From Pseudomonadota bacterium (GTDB lineage Bacteria > Pseudomonadota > Gammaproteobacteria > Pseudomonadales > JAHEIH01), in assembly GCA_041163785.1 (NCBI GenBank), contig JBEAQQ010000143.1:1-39162 (forward strand): a stretch of 39,162 nt of DNA. Reading direction: 5' to 3'. Position numbers and translations under genes: made by a program. This document shows positions 28,803 to 39,162 of the stretch, piece after piece (the stretch's first letter is position 1; every line of letters starts with the position of its first letter). Under the pieces are notes generated by a model, which had not been told where the DNA came from, did no database searches, and saw only the letters and a program-made list of their open reading frames with translations.

Positions 28803-29987
28803 ATGCAAGAAGAACTCGACCAGCGCCGGCAAGCCGCCGAGCGTGTTACCCTCATCGGATCTGTCATTGATCTGCTGCTCGGCGTGCTCAAAATTGTCGT
28901 GGGCATGCTGTCAAGCTCGGCCGCATTGATTGCCGATGGCGTCCACTCATTGTCCGACCTCGCCACAGACTTCATGGTGATTGTGGTGCTTCGCCTTTCT
29001 CATCGTGGCCCAGATAAAGACCACCCCTGGGGACACGGCCGCTATGAAACCGTAGGCACCGTGGCGCTTGGCACGATACTCATTATCGTCGGGCTTGGCA
29101 TGGTCTACGAAATCGGCATGAACGTATTTCATGAAGGCCCACAGCCCATCCCAGGATGGCCAGCGATCCTTGCCGCGCTCATTTCAGTCATTGGCAAAGA
29201 GTGGATATTCCGCTACAGCCTAAAAATTGGCAAAGAACTCAACTCAGATTTGCTAATTGCCAATGCATGGCACAGTCGCACTGACGCGCTTTCTTCGATT
29301 GTTGTGCTCGTGGCGCTGCTCGGTGCCATGCTAGGGCTCTGGTGGCTAGACGCCTTGGCGGCCGTTATCGTGGCCGGTATGGTCGGCAAAATCGGCTGGG
29401 AACTCGTTGCCAAGAGCGTGTCTGAACTCGTTGATACCGCCCTGCCCGCTGAACGCGTCAATGAATATCGCAACATCGTCATGTCGGTGGATGGCGTACT
29501 CAGCGTACATGGCTTTAAAACCCGCGCGACCAGCAATCAAGCCCTGTTAGAAATGCACATCCAGGTGAAGCCTTACGTCAGTGCTGCCGAAGCACACTTT
29601 ATTGGCGACACCGCCGTGTGCGCTTTGCAGCAGGCGTTTGAGGATATCGATCACGTAATTTTCCATATCGACACGTTTGACGATCGCCCTTACCACGACA
29701 TGACCTGCCCCATCATGCCCAAGCGCGCAGCTATCGCCGCTCAGGTGAACCCGGTTCTTGAAGCAGCACTGGGCGAGGGCATTGCCATTGAAGACAACGA
29801 TGTTGATCTCATGCTGTTCTATCACCCCGAATACGTCGATGTTGAAATTCGTCTTTCAGGGCGACTGGTAGCGGCACTCGCTGCCCAGTCGATCAACCAA
29901 CGCGAGTTTGAAAAACACATCGTTAGCGAACTCACGCAGCAACATTGGTGCCGCGAAGTCTGGATATGGTGGGCGTCGACCGTCTAA
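28803..29987 (+). CDS. Cation diffusion facilitator transporter with extended C-terminus
   Basis: ALIADGVHSLSD, DKDHPWGHGRYE, ANAWHSRTD (HD-HD site A), HID. Confidence 0.92.
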   Translation: MQEELDQRRQAAERVTLIGSVIDLLLGVLKIVVGMLSSSAALIADGVHSLSDLATDFMVIVVLRLSHRGPDKDHPWGHGRYETVGTVALGTILIIVGLGMVYEIGMNVFHEGPQPIPGWPAILAALISVIGKEWIFRYSLKIGKELNSDLLIANAWHSRTDALSSIVVLVALLGAMLGLWWLDALAAVIVAGMVGKIGWELVAKSVSELVDTALPAERVNEYRNIVMSVDGVLSVHGFKTRATSNQALLEMHIQVKPYVSAAEAHFIGDTAVCALQQAFEDIDHVIFHIDTFDDRPYHDMTCPIMPKRAAIAAQVNPVLEAALGEGIAIEDNDVDLMLFYHPEYVDVEIRLSGRLVAALAAQSINQREFEKHIVSELTQQHWCREVWIWWASTV

Positions 29988-32900
29988 CTATTCGGCGCCG
30001 GCGATCAGACTCGCATTGCCTCCTGCCGCCGTCGTGTCGATACACATGTGGCGCTCAGTTTGATAGCGCGCCATCACCGTCGTATCCATCACCAACGGCA
30101 AGATCTCACCCTCGCGCTTAGCCAAAGCGACGCGATATTGCCTCGCCGCCTCTTCTCCACCAGACCAAGCAACGGCTTTTATCCCCTGTAATTCAATCAA
30201 TACCTCCGGGGTTACACACCCCGACAACACTTCAATAAGCGCATGTTTGACCAACACATCTGACAACCCATCGGAGGCCTGTACGACGACAAGCACCGAG
30301 TTACCAGCCGCTAGCGCCGCCTCCGCCTGTTCGACAGCCTCATCAGGTGTAGGGCCTAGGCACAACACCAAACCGCGCCCATGTACACTGTACAAATTTA
30401 ATTCACCGGTAGGGCCTGGCAATGCCGTCACGTTAACTGACGTTGCCTGATGAGTGGCCGACAAGGCAAGTAGACGATCAATCGCACCTTGAATAAACTC
30501 GATACCCAAGGCCTCACCATCATCTACCACACCCTCTTGTGGCAACACGCCATCGCTTCTCATACGCGCCACGTAGAGTGGCCCGCCAGCCTTCGGCCCA
30601 GTGCCTGAGAGACCCTCGCCGCCAAAAGGCTGAGAACCCACTACCGCGCCAATTTGGTTGCGATTAATATAGATGTTACCCGCCTTTATACGCTGACCGA
30701 TCTCTTTAACGCGAAAATCTAACCGCGTATGCAAACCAAAGGTCAAACCAAATCCACTGGCATTGATTCCCTCCACCACGCGCTCTAACTCTTTGGCGGC
30801 AAAGGTCACAATATGCAGTACAGGGCCAAAAATTTCTTCGCACAACTCACCAATACTATCAATCCTAATGAGTGCCGGCCCAACAAAGGTGCCGCCTTTC
30901 GGTACAGGGGATTGTTTGATCAACTGACCTCGCTGTGCGTAAGCGTCGACATGCGCTTGAATCCGCGCGCGCGCCGCTTCATCGATCACCGGCCCCACAT
31001 CAGTAGATAACCACTGCGGATCGCCGACTACCAGCTCATCCATCGCTCCCACGAGCATCTCGATCACTTTGTCAGCAATATCCTCTTGCAGGTAAAGCAC
31101 GCGCAGCGCCGAACAACGCTGCCCCGCGCTCTGGAAAGCTGACGCCATCACATCCCGCACAACTTGTTCGGGCAACGCGGTGGAGTCAACGATCATGGCA
31201 TTCAAGCCACCGGTTTCTGCAATCAAAGCAGCATTGGGGGCCAATGTTGCAGCCATATTGCGATGGATACGCTGTGCCGTTGCTGTTGAACCAGTGAAAC
31301 ACACTCCCTTCACCCTCGGGTCGGACGTCAATGCCTGCCCGATAACGCTGCCAGGCCCTGGCAATAGCTGCATTGCCGCCACAGGGATGCCCGCCGCATG
31401 CATCAGCTCGACGGCGCGAAATGCCATAATAGGTGTTTGCTCTGCAGGCTTAGCTACCACCGCATTACCGGCAGCCAAAGCCCCTAGGCACTGGCCTATA
31501 AAGATGGCTAACGGGAAGTTCCATGGCGAAATGCAACACAGCGTCCCGCGGCCGGGATCATCGGCTATTTCAGTGGCATAGTAGCGCGCAAAATCGACCG
31601 CCTCACGAACCTCTGCCACAGCATCTGGCAATGACTTACCGGCTTCTCGGCATGCCAGCGCTGACAACTCTTCGAAATGCTGCTCCATAGCGTCCGCCAA
31701 GCGCTGAAAGGCTGCGACACGCTCCGCAATTGGCATCGCCTGCCATTGCGCGTGGCCGATCTCGGCCGCCGCTAACGCTTTATCAATATCGTCGTGCGAA
31801 GCTTGCTGCACATGACCAATATCATCTTGATGATTGGCGGGGTTGCGAACACGCTGTATCTCCCCCCCTGCAAAATCCGACGCCAGAAGCGGATGTGCCT
31901 GCCACTGCTTTGCCATGAAAGGGGCACGCTGCTCAAGCATAGGCTCTACAACGTTAGGATCGGTTAAGTCCCAACCCTTGGCATTGCGCCGCGACGCGCC
32001 AAAAATACCAGCGGGCTCAGGAATTTGCCGGCTAGCTAACGAGCCAACTTCACCCTCGATACTTGCCAGTGGATCGACAGCAATCATCTCCGGCGTCAAA
32101 CTCGCATCAACCAACTGATGCACAAACGAGCTATTGGCGCCATTTTCTAGCAGTCGACGCACCAAGTACGCCAACAAATCGCTGTGCGCACCTACCGGAG
32201 CGTAAATGCGGCAATGGATTTTCCCAGCAGCGACCAGTGGGCGATACAAGGACTCACCCATACCGTGTAAGCGCTGAAATTCGTACCTCACGCCTCCCGC
32301 CATCGCCATGACAGCCGCAACAGTGTGAGCATTGTGGGTAGCAAACTGGGGATAGATTCTATCCGCCATAGCGAACAACTGCCGAGCACAGGCCAAATAA
32401 GAAATATCGGTATTTCCCTTGCGAGTAAACACAGGATAACCCGGCACACCCATCACTTGTGCGCGCTTTATCTCGCTGTCCCAATAGGCGCCCTTAACCA
32501 AGCGCACCATGAATTGCTTGTCCGTCTGTTGTGCCAACTGATACAGCCAATCCAACACAAAGCTAGCGCGCTTGCCGTAGGACTGCACAACCACACCAAA
32601 ACCCAACCAATCGCCCCACTTCGACGTCTTTACGACACCCTCGATAATATCCATGGAGAGGTCGAGTCTATCCGCCTCTTCGGCATCAATATTAAATCCC
32701 ATATTGGCCGCGGCGGCTTGTTGCGCCAATGCGCTAACACGCGGCACCAGTTCTTCTAGCACACGCTCGCGCTGCGCGTATTCATAACGCGGAAATAGGG
32801 CCGATAACTTCACAGATATCCCGGGATTGTCTCGCACATCACCATGGCAGTGCGGCACCAACGCAGCAATGGCGCTCTGGTAGGCCAGACGATAACGCTC

Positions 32901-33539
32901 AGCATCTTCCGCCGTACGGGCTGACTCACCCAACATATCATAGGAGTAGGTATAGCCGCGCCGCTGCATTTTCTCAGCGCGACCCAACGCCTTTTCCATC
33001 GACGTTCCCAGCACAAACTGGCGCCCCATTTCTTTCATTACCTGGATTACTGCCTGGCGAACTACCGGCTCGCCAAGACGCTTCACTAAATTGCGTATGG
33101 TACCGCCCAGGCGCTTCTGATCTGATGGCGACAGTAACTCGCCGGTGATCAGCAACCCCCAAGTCGCGCCATTGATGAGAGGAGAGCTAGCGCGACCCAA
33201 ATGCTCACGCCATTGACCAGGAACAATTTTATCCTCGATCAAAGCGTCCATCGTGGTGGCATCAGGCACTCGCAGCACTGCTTCCGCCAAGCACATCAAT
33301 GCCACACCCTCTTGGGTAGACAACCCGTACTCAGCTAAAAAAGCCTCCATCATCGAGGCGCCACCTTGCTGACGTACATCGGCAATAAGCCCCGCCGCCT
33401 GCTGACAAATGGCTCGCCGCTGCTCGACATCGAGTGCGGCTTGCTCAGCGAGCTTTCGCACCAAGGATGTCTCATCGGCATACAAATGCTGGCGAACGCA
33501 CTGACGAAGAATAGCGAGGTTATCTACAGGGGTATTCAT
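29988..33539 (-). CDS. putA: Bifunctional proline dehydrogenase / P5C dehydrogenase PutA (no RHH domain)
   Basis: EGVALMCLAEA, SYDMLGE, RLVKGAYWD, YLVRRLLENGAN, ISPWNFP, ETGGLNA, SAGQRCSA, C-terminal TTAAGGNASL. Start placed at ATG 33539 (1183 aa). Confidence 0.96.
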   Translation of the reverse strand: MNTPVDNLAILRQCVRQHLYADETSLVRKLAEQAALDVEQRRAICQQAAGLIADVRQQGGASMMEAFLAEYGLSTQEGVALMCLAEAVLRVPDATTMDALIEDKIVPGQWREHLGRASSPLINGATWGLLITGELLSPSDQKRLGGTIRNLVKRLGEPVVRQAVIQVMKEMGRQFVLGTSMEKALGRAEKMQRRGYTYSYDMLGESARTAEDAERYRLAYQSAIAALVPHCHGDVRDNPGISVKLSALFPRYEYAQRERVLEELVPRVSALAQQAAAANMGFNIDAEEADRLDLSMDIIEGVVKTSKWGDWLGFGVVVQSYGKRASFVLDWLYQLAQQTDKQFMVRLVKGAYWDSEIKRAQVMGVPGYPVFTRKGNTDISYLACARQLFAMADRIYPQFATHNAHTVAAVMAMAGGVRYEFQRLHGMGESLYRPLVAAGKIHCRIYAPVGAHSDLLAYLVRRLLENGANSSFVHQLVDASLTPEMIAVDPLASIEGEVGSLASRQIPEPAGIFGASRRNAKGWDLTDPNVVEPMLEQRAPFMAKQWQAHPLLASDFAGGEIQRVRNPANHQDDIGHVQQASHDDIDKALAAAEIGHAQWQAMPIAERVAAFQRLADAMEQHFEELSALACREAGKSLPDAVAEVREAVDFARYYATEIADDPGRGTLCCISPWNFPLAIFIGQCLGALAAGNAVVAKPAEQTPIMAFRAVELMHAAGIPVAAMQLLPGPGSVIGQALTSDPRVKGVCFTGSTATAQRIHRNMAATLAPNAALIAETGGLNAMIVDSTALPEQVVRDVMASAFQSAGQRCSALRVLYLQEDIADKVIEMLVGAMDELVVGDPQWLSTDVGPVIDEAARARIQAHVDAYAQRGQLIKQSPVPKGGTFVGPALIRIDSIGELCEEIFGPVLHIVTFAAKELERVVEGINASGFGLTFGLHTRLDFRVKEIGQRIKAGNIYINRNQIGAVVGSQPFGGEGLSGTGPKAGGPLYVARMRSDGVLPQEGVVDDGEALGIEFIQGAIDRLLALSATHQATSVNVTALPGPTGELNLYSVHGRGLVLCLGPTPDEAVEQAEAALAAGNSVLVVVQASDGLSDVLVKHALIEVLSGCVTPEVLIELQGIKAVAWSGGEEAARQYRVALAKREGEILPLVMDTTVMARYQTERHMCIDTTAAGGNASLIAGAE

Positions 33540-33750
33540 GGCGATCTCATAACAGTGAAGAATGAGACTATTTTCCACAAATCTTGATGGACACATTTCC
33601 CGCATAACGGCCGGAAATCAGCCAAACCAATTAGAAAACAAGAAATAGAAGGAAAAAAACTAAGAAAAAGCCAGCTAATCGGGACGTTTTATAAAGATCA
33701 ACCACGCCGGATCGGGTGCCAGCCTATCGGCCAGCACCCACACCGAACAC

Positions 33751-35859
<2,109 letters not shown>

Positions 35860-35891
35860 AGGATATTTCCTCGAGAATTTCAATGGCGCGA

Positions 35892-35897
35892 ATTATA
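35892..35897 (-). promoter_or_regulatory. -10 element of the fusA promoter
   Basis: TATAAT followed by TCGCGCC, the same discriminator as at rpsU; the -35 is weak. Confidence 0.55.
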
Positions 35898-35968
35898 CGC
35901 CACTTGAAACTATTTAGTTAGAGGAGCCCGGAAGGTTTGTGCATCGTAAAATAGAAAAAGGAGCAGAT

Positions 35969-36223
35969 ATGCCAAAACTCACCGAAGAAGATCGTTCGCG
36001 CATTGTCGAAATGGCCTGGGAAGACCGCACACCTTTTGAAGCGATCAAAACCCAGTTCGACCTGAGCGAGAGCGATACCATTAAGCTCATGCGCACCGAA
36101 ATGAAGCCCAGCTCATTTCGTCTGTGGCGCAAAAGAGTCAGTGGCCGCCAGACCAAACACGAACAACTGCGCCCCGAGGGAGTACTGCGAGGTTATTGCC
36201 CTACGCAATATAAACATCGTTAA
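35969..36223 (+). CDS. TIGR03643 / DUF2805 family protein
   Basis: RIVEMAWEDRTPFEAI, MKPSSFRLWRKRVSGR.TKH; AAGGAG SD. Confidence 0.88.
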   Translation: MPKLTEEDRSRIVEMAWEDRTPFEAIKTQFDLSESDTIKLMRTEMKPSSFRLWRKRVSGRQTKHEQLRPEGVLRGYCPTQYKHR

Positions 36224-36275
36224 GGTGTAATTAACTCAGACTTGCGCTTACATACCAGGAAATAAAGTTCGGGAA

Positions 36276-36319
36276 ATGTCTTATATGTGCCTTGTCTGTT
36301 GTCGGCGCATAAGAGACAT
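36276..36319. repeat. Left bipartite palindrome
   Basis: ATGTC-TTAT-ATGTGCC-(12 nt)-GGCGCAT-AAGA-GACAT. Confidence 0.65.
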
Positions 36320-36350
36320 ATTTGAGTCGTATGCCAAGATCACACCATAG

Positions 36351-36971
36351 CTATAATTGATTTCCTGAGTCGAAAACATCTAGCATCTGTTCAGTTGTCA
36401 ATTGATTACCCATTCTCCCTCGATTCACGTATCGGTGTTTAAACGACTTAGCACCATTAGCCATGACTTCAGAGCGAAAGTCATCGATATAGCTTTGTTC
36501 AAACTTGCTATTAAAAGTATTAAATAGAATAACGTCCTTACCACTGAAGTCCTGATCTTTTGCGAACTGCCATATCGGCGGTGCGGGACTGTATAGCCAT
36601 ATTGGTGATCCTAGATAAACGGTAGTGTATTGCTCCAGATTAAGAACTGTTGGGGTTATTGTCGCTATGGTTTTTCTAGCATCACGCAGAGCGCTGATCC
36701 ACCCAGAGATTCCCAATTCATAATCCTTAGCAAAGATTTCGTGAATATCCGCATCTGTTGTATCTGCTATGTGCTGCGCAAGTACACCTGTATTTCCTGA
36801 ACGTGAAAAAACAATCACAGCCGTATCCGATGACTGAAAGGCGGAACGCTCTTGCTGATCTATATACGCTTGATTCTGTGAATGCTGGGTATTCTCAACA
36901 TGAGCAACCCACAGCGCTACAGCAAGTGCTGCTAATACTCCAAGAACTAGCAGAACAATTAGCCACTTCAC
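36351..36971 (-). CDS. Membrane-anchored or exported flavodoxin-like protein
   Basis: N-terminal TM segment; FMN loop VFSRSGNT; LGSPIWLYSP; LFNT. Confidence 0.8.
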   Translation of the reverse strand: MKWLIVLLVLGVLAALAVALWVAHVENTQHSQNQAYIDQQERSAFQSSDTAVIVFSRSGNTGVLAQHIADTTDADIHEIFAKDYELGISGWISALRDARKTIATITPTVLNLEQYTTVYLGSPIWLYSPAPPIWQFAKDQDFSGKDVILFNTFNSKFEQSYIDDFRSEVMANGAKSFKHRYVNRGRMGNQLTTEQMLDVFDSGNQL

Positions 36972-37016
36972 CCTAGACCTCTCTCGTTTTCATAGTTGTA
37001 TCTACCACAAAGCACT

Positions 37017-37041
37017 AAGCCCATCTGTACGAAGGGCTTTT
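37017..37041. terminator. Short hairpin between the hydrolase and flavodoxin genes
   Basis: AAGCCC-(11 nt)-GGGCTT followed by TT. Confidence 0.3.
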
Positions 37042-37058
37042 GAACAAGTCAGATAATT

Positions 37059-37973
37059 TTACAGTGTACGTGCAAAGAACGGAGACAGTGCTTGAACTGC
37101 TTGATTCACATACTCTGGCAGATCGTACATTGACATGTGATTTGCACCGTCAATGACGATTAGGCTCTTATCTGAAGACGCTGCTCTCTCTATGAGGTTT
37201 TCACTCATCCAACGACTGCCCGCTTCACTACCCGCAATCATCAATAGTGGTTGAGTTAAAAAGGCTTCAGCCAAATTGTATGCATCGTAAGTGACTAACT
37301 GATTGAGGTTACGAGTCAGTGTGTATCCAGGGGCATTAGGATGTGCACAACGTGCCGTGTGGTAATACTCCCATGCCTCTGCCAGCTCTTCGTTTGGTGC
37401 ATCCTCTTTACGCATTGGTGCAAGAGGAATCTGCATAAGCTCAGCTTTGTCTGCATCGCTGGTGCGTGCGTTTGAGCCAAAGTCCAAATATCCCACTGCA
37501 TCAGCGTCTGCGACGGTGTTCTCCCAACCATTTCGGAACATCTGTCCAATATTAACGGCGCTCACTGTAGCAACGGCTTTGACACGGCGATCATTGATCG
37601 TGGCATTCGCTGTATAACCGCCACCCGCACAGACACCTAAGGCGCCTATACGATTCACATCGACATAGCTCAACGTCGTCAGGTAATCGATCACGGCACT
37701 AATATCTTCAGTTCGCACATATGGGTTTTCGAGCTGGCGAGGTTCTCCCGTACTCTCTCCCTGATAAGAAGCATCAAAAGCTATAGCAATAAAACCGCAA
37801 TCCGCCATGTGCTTAGCATATAAGCCTGATGCTTGTTCTTTAACTCCACCACCTGGGTGAGTAACAACGATTGCAGGATAGGTCTTACTATCATCAAACC
37901 CTGCTGGAAAATGAATATTCGCCGCCATAGTGATGTCAGCACCGTTAAGGTTTTTAAAAGTTACGCTTTTCAT
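37059..37973 (-). CDS. ycjY: YcjY-like alpha/beta hydrolase (Cys nucleophile)
   Basis: HPGGGVKEQ, DASYQGES.GEPRQLENPY.RTEDISAVIDYLTTLSYVD, GVCAGG elbow, GANHM; closely resembles E. coli YcjY (from memory). AAGGAG SD before ATG 37973. Confidence 0.85.
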   Translation of the reverse strand: MKSVTFKNLNGADITMAANIHFPAGFDDSKTYPAIVVTHPGGGVKEQASGLYAKHMADCGFIAIAFDASYQGESTGEPRQLENPYVRTEDISAVIDYLTTLSYVDVNRIGALGVCAGGGYTANATINDRRVKAVATVSAVNIGQMFRNGWENTVADADAVGYLDFGSNARTSDADKAELMQIPLAPMRKEDAPNEELAEAWEYYHTARCAHPNAPGYTLTRNLNQLVTYDAYNLAEAFLTQPLLMIAGSEAGSRWMSENLIERAASSDKSLIVIDGANHMSMYDLPEYVNQAVQALSPFFARTL

Positions 37974-38057
37974 GGTCTGCACTCCTTGAGAGATATTTGA
38001 GTCGGTTAACTCAACCGATGGAGTGCAGTTTAAATATGATACATGGATAGAAAAATA

Positions 38058-38092
38058 TGCTAAAAATATCATCATAATTTAGCAGAGCTTAA
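38058..38092. promoter_or_regulatory. Putative LysR operator in the divergent promoter region
   Basis: TGCTAAA/TTTAGCA inverted repeat (38058-84) and a T-N11-A dyad TTTAGCAGAGCTTAA just before the LysR ATG. Confidence 0.45.
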
Positions 38093-38096
38093 CAAT

Positions 38097-39029
38097 ATGT
38101 CGCTTAACGCATCACTCTATCCATCTATGATCTGGTTCTCTCACGTTGCTCAGCAAGGTAGTTTTACCAAAGCAGCTGATCAATTAGGCATTACACGCGC
38201 GGCACTTTCACAGCATGTTAAGTCACTAGAAGAACAGCTAGGTGTTCGTCTCCTAAACAGAACGACTCGTAGCATGTCCTTAACTGAGGAGGGACAAAAA
38301 CTCATGGAGGTTTTGATACCTTCATTTGATTCGATTGAACGTGTAGTGACTGAGCTTCGTGAAGCTCATAACGAACCTAGCGGCATGATTCGTATTAACA
38401 CCTCACGAGTAGCTGCGAATCTTTTGCTCGTTCCAGTTATAGATCAATTTCTTGAGCGATACCCAAGAGTGCGAGTTGAGATTTCAATCAATGACAGCTT
38501 CTCAAGCATCATTTCTGAAGGTATGGAAGTTGGTATTCGTCTTGGTGAAAGTTTGGATGAGGGGGTTGTTGCCATTCCTATTTCACCCGCAATTACGCCC
38601 GCCATTGTCGCTTCACCTGACTATCTGAATACTCATGGGTATCCAAAAGCGCCAGAGGATCTACCTACCCATAATTGCCTTGCCTACCGCTTCTCATCCA
38701 GCGGCGCAATTGATCACTGGCAGTTCAGCCACGTTGATAATTTAAGCCGTGCTGTAGGGTTTGAACCCACTGGTAACGCTATATTCAATGATGACGAAAA
38801 CATGATTGAAGCAGCATTGAATGGGGTCGGACTGATTAAGCATTTAGACCTATGTGTAGAGAAGTATCTGCATGATGGCTCGTTGGTTCGTGTGCTTGAA
38901 GAGTGGTGCCAGCCTTTTCCAGGATTTTATTTATATGTTCCCTCAAGAGAACATATGCCAGCGAAGATCAGAGCGCTGATAGACTTTTTAACTGAGCAAC
39001 GCAGCCAGTTACCTAAATACCTTAAATGA
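38097..39029 (+). CDS. LysR family regulator (CrgA-like, PgrR/YcjZ type)
   Basis: GSFTKAADQLG..ALSQ..LEEQLGVRLLNRTTRSMSLTEEG; GIRLGE, VASPDYL, GFYLYVPSR; divergent from ycjY. Confidence 0.93.
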   Translation: MSLNASLYPSMIWFSHVAQQGSFTKAADQLGITRAALSQHVKSLEEQLGVRLLNRTTRSMSLTEEGQKLMEVLIPSFDSIERVVTELREAHNEPSGMIRINTSRVAANLLLVPVIDQFLERYPRVRVEISINDSFSSIISEGMEVGIRLGESLDEGVVAIPISPAITPAIVASPDYLNTHGYPKAPEDLPTHNCLAYRFSSSGAIDHWQFSHVDNLSRAVGFEPTGNAIFNDDENMIEAALNGVGLIKHLDLCVEKYLHDGSLVRVLEEWCQPFPGFYLYVPSREHMPAKIRALIDFLTEQRSQLPKYLK

Positions 39030-39088
39030 CCGCTATGGGTCGCCCTCTGCCGATTCGCCCTTCTTCTCCTGTGGCACATTCTAGTCAT
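39026..39088. repeat. Right bipartite palindrome containing the LysR stop codon
   Basis: ATGAC-CGCT-ATGGGTC-(31 nt)-GGCACAT-TCTA-GTCAT. Confidence 0.6.
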
Positions 39089-39162
39089 CAAGTTACTTTG
39101 CGAAAATCGTCAGTGATTTCTCCATATGATGAAACGTCAGACTCATGATCAAGATCCCGATG

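Larger units (their letters stand above)
36276..39088. mobile_element. Low-GC three-gene islet bracketed by related palindromes; no mobility gene in the window
   Basis: Spot counts give about 40% GC versus about 55% in core genes; matching bipartite inverted repeats at 36276-36319 and 39026-39088. Confidence 0.55.

Noticed and set aside
36276-36319. Islet palindromes as classical integron attC sites or IS terminal repeats
   Set aside because: No RYYYAAC/GTTRRRY boxes, no integrase or transposase in the window, and no target duplication seen; kept as an unclassified motif.

Overview
Mostly core chromosome of a ~53-55% GC gammaproteobacterium (GC from spot counts; gene set and sequences suggest a marine Cellvibrionales/Oceanospirillales-like organism rather than Pseudomonas, which is inference). 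It carries the Pseudomonas-type block sfsA-aminotransferase / dksA-gluQ-cbrX-cbrA-cbrB-[sRNA]-pcnB-folK-dNK-panB-panC, then aidB-like, coq7-folK2-folB-tsaD / rpsU-yqeY-dnaG-rpoD, an HD protein, a CDF transporter, putA and a stand-alone fusA. A lower-GC three-gene islet (flavodoxin, ycjY-like hydrolase, LysR) lies at the right end. Main unannotated signals: (1) a complete CbrB-enhancer/IHF/sigma54 promoter driving a very compact (~125 nt) CrcZ-like RNA made of four AATAAAAATAA Hfq-type motifs and a terminal hairpin, implying a CbrXAB-CrcZ catabolite-repression circuit in a probable non-pseudomonad; (2) the low-GC islet is bracketed by two related bipartite palindromes (ATGWC-N4-ATGKGYC...GGCRCAT-N4-GWCAT) that look like cassette or recombination sites; (3) an internally deleted paiB pseudogene at the left edge; (4) a perfect palindrome inside an internal panC promoter.
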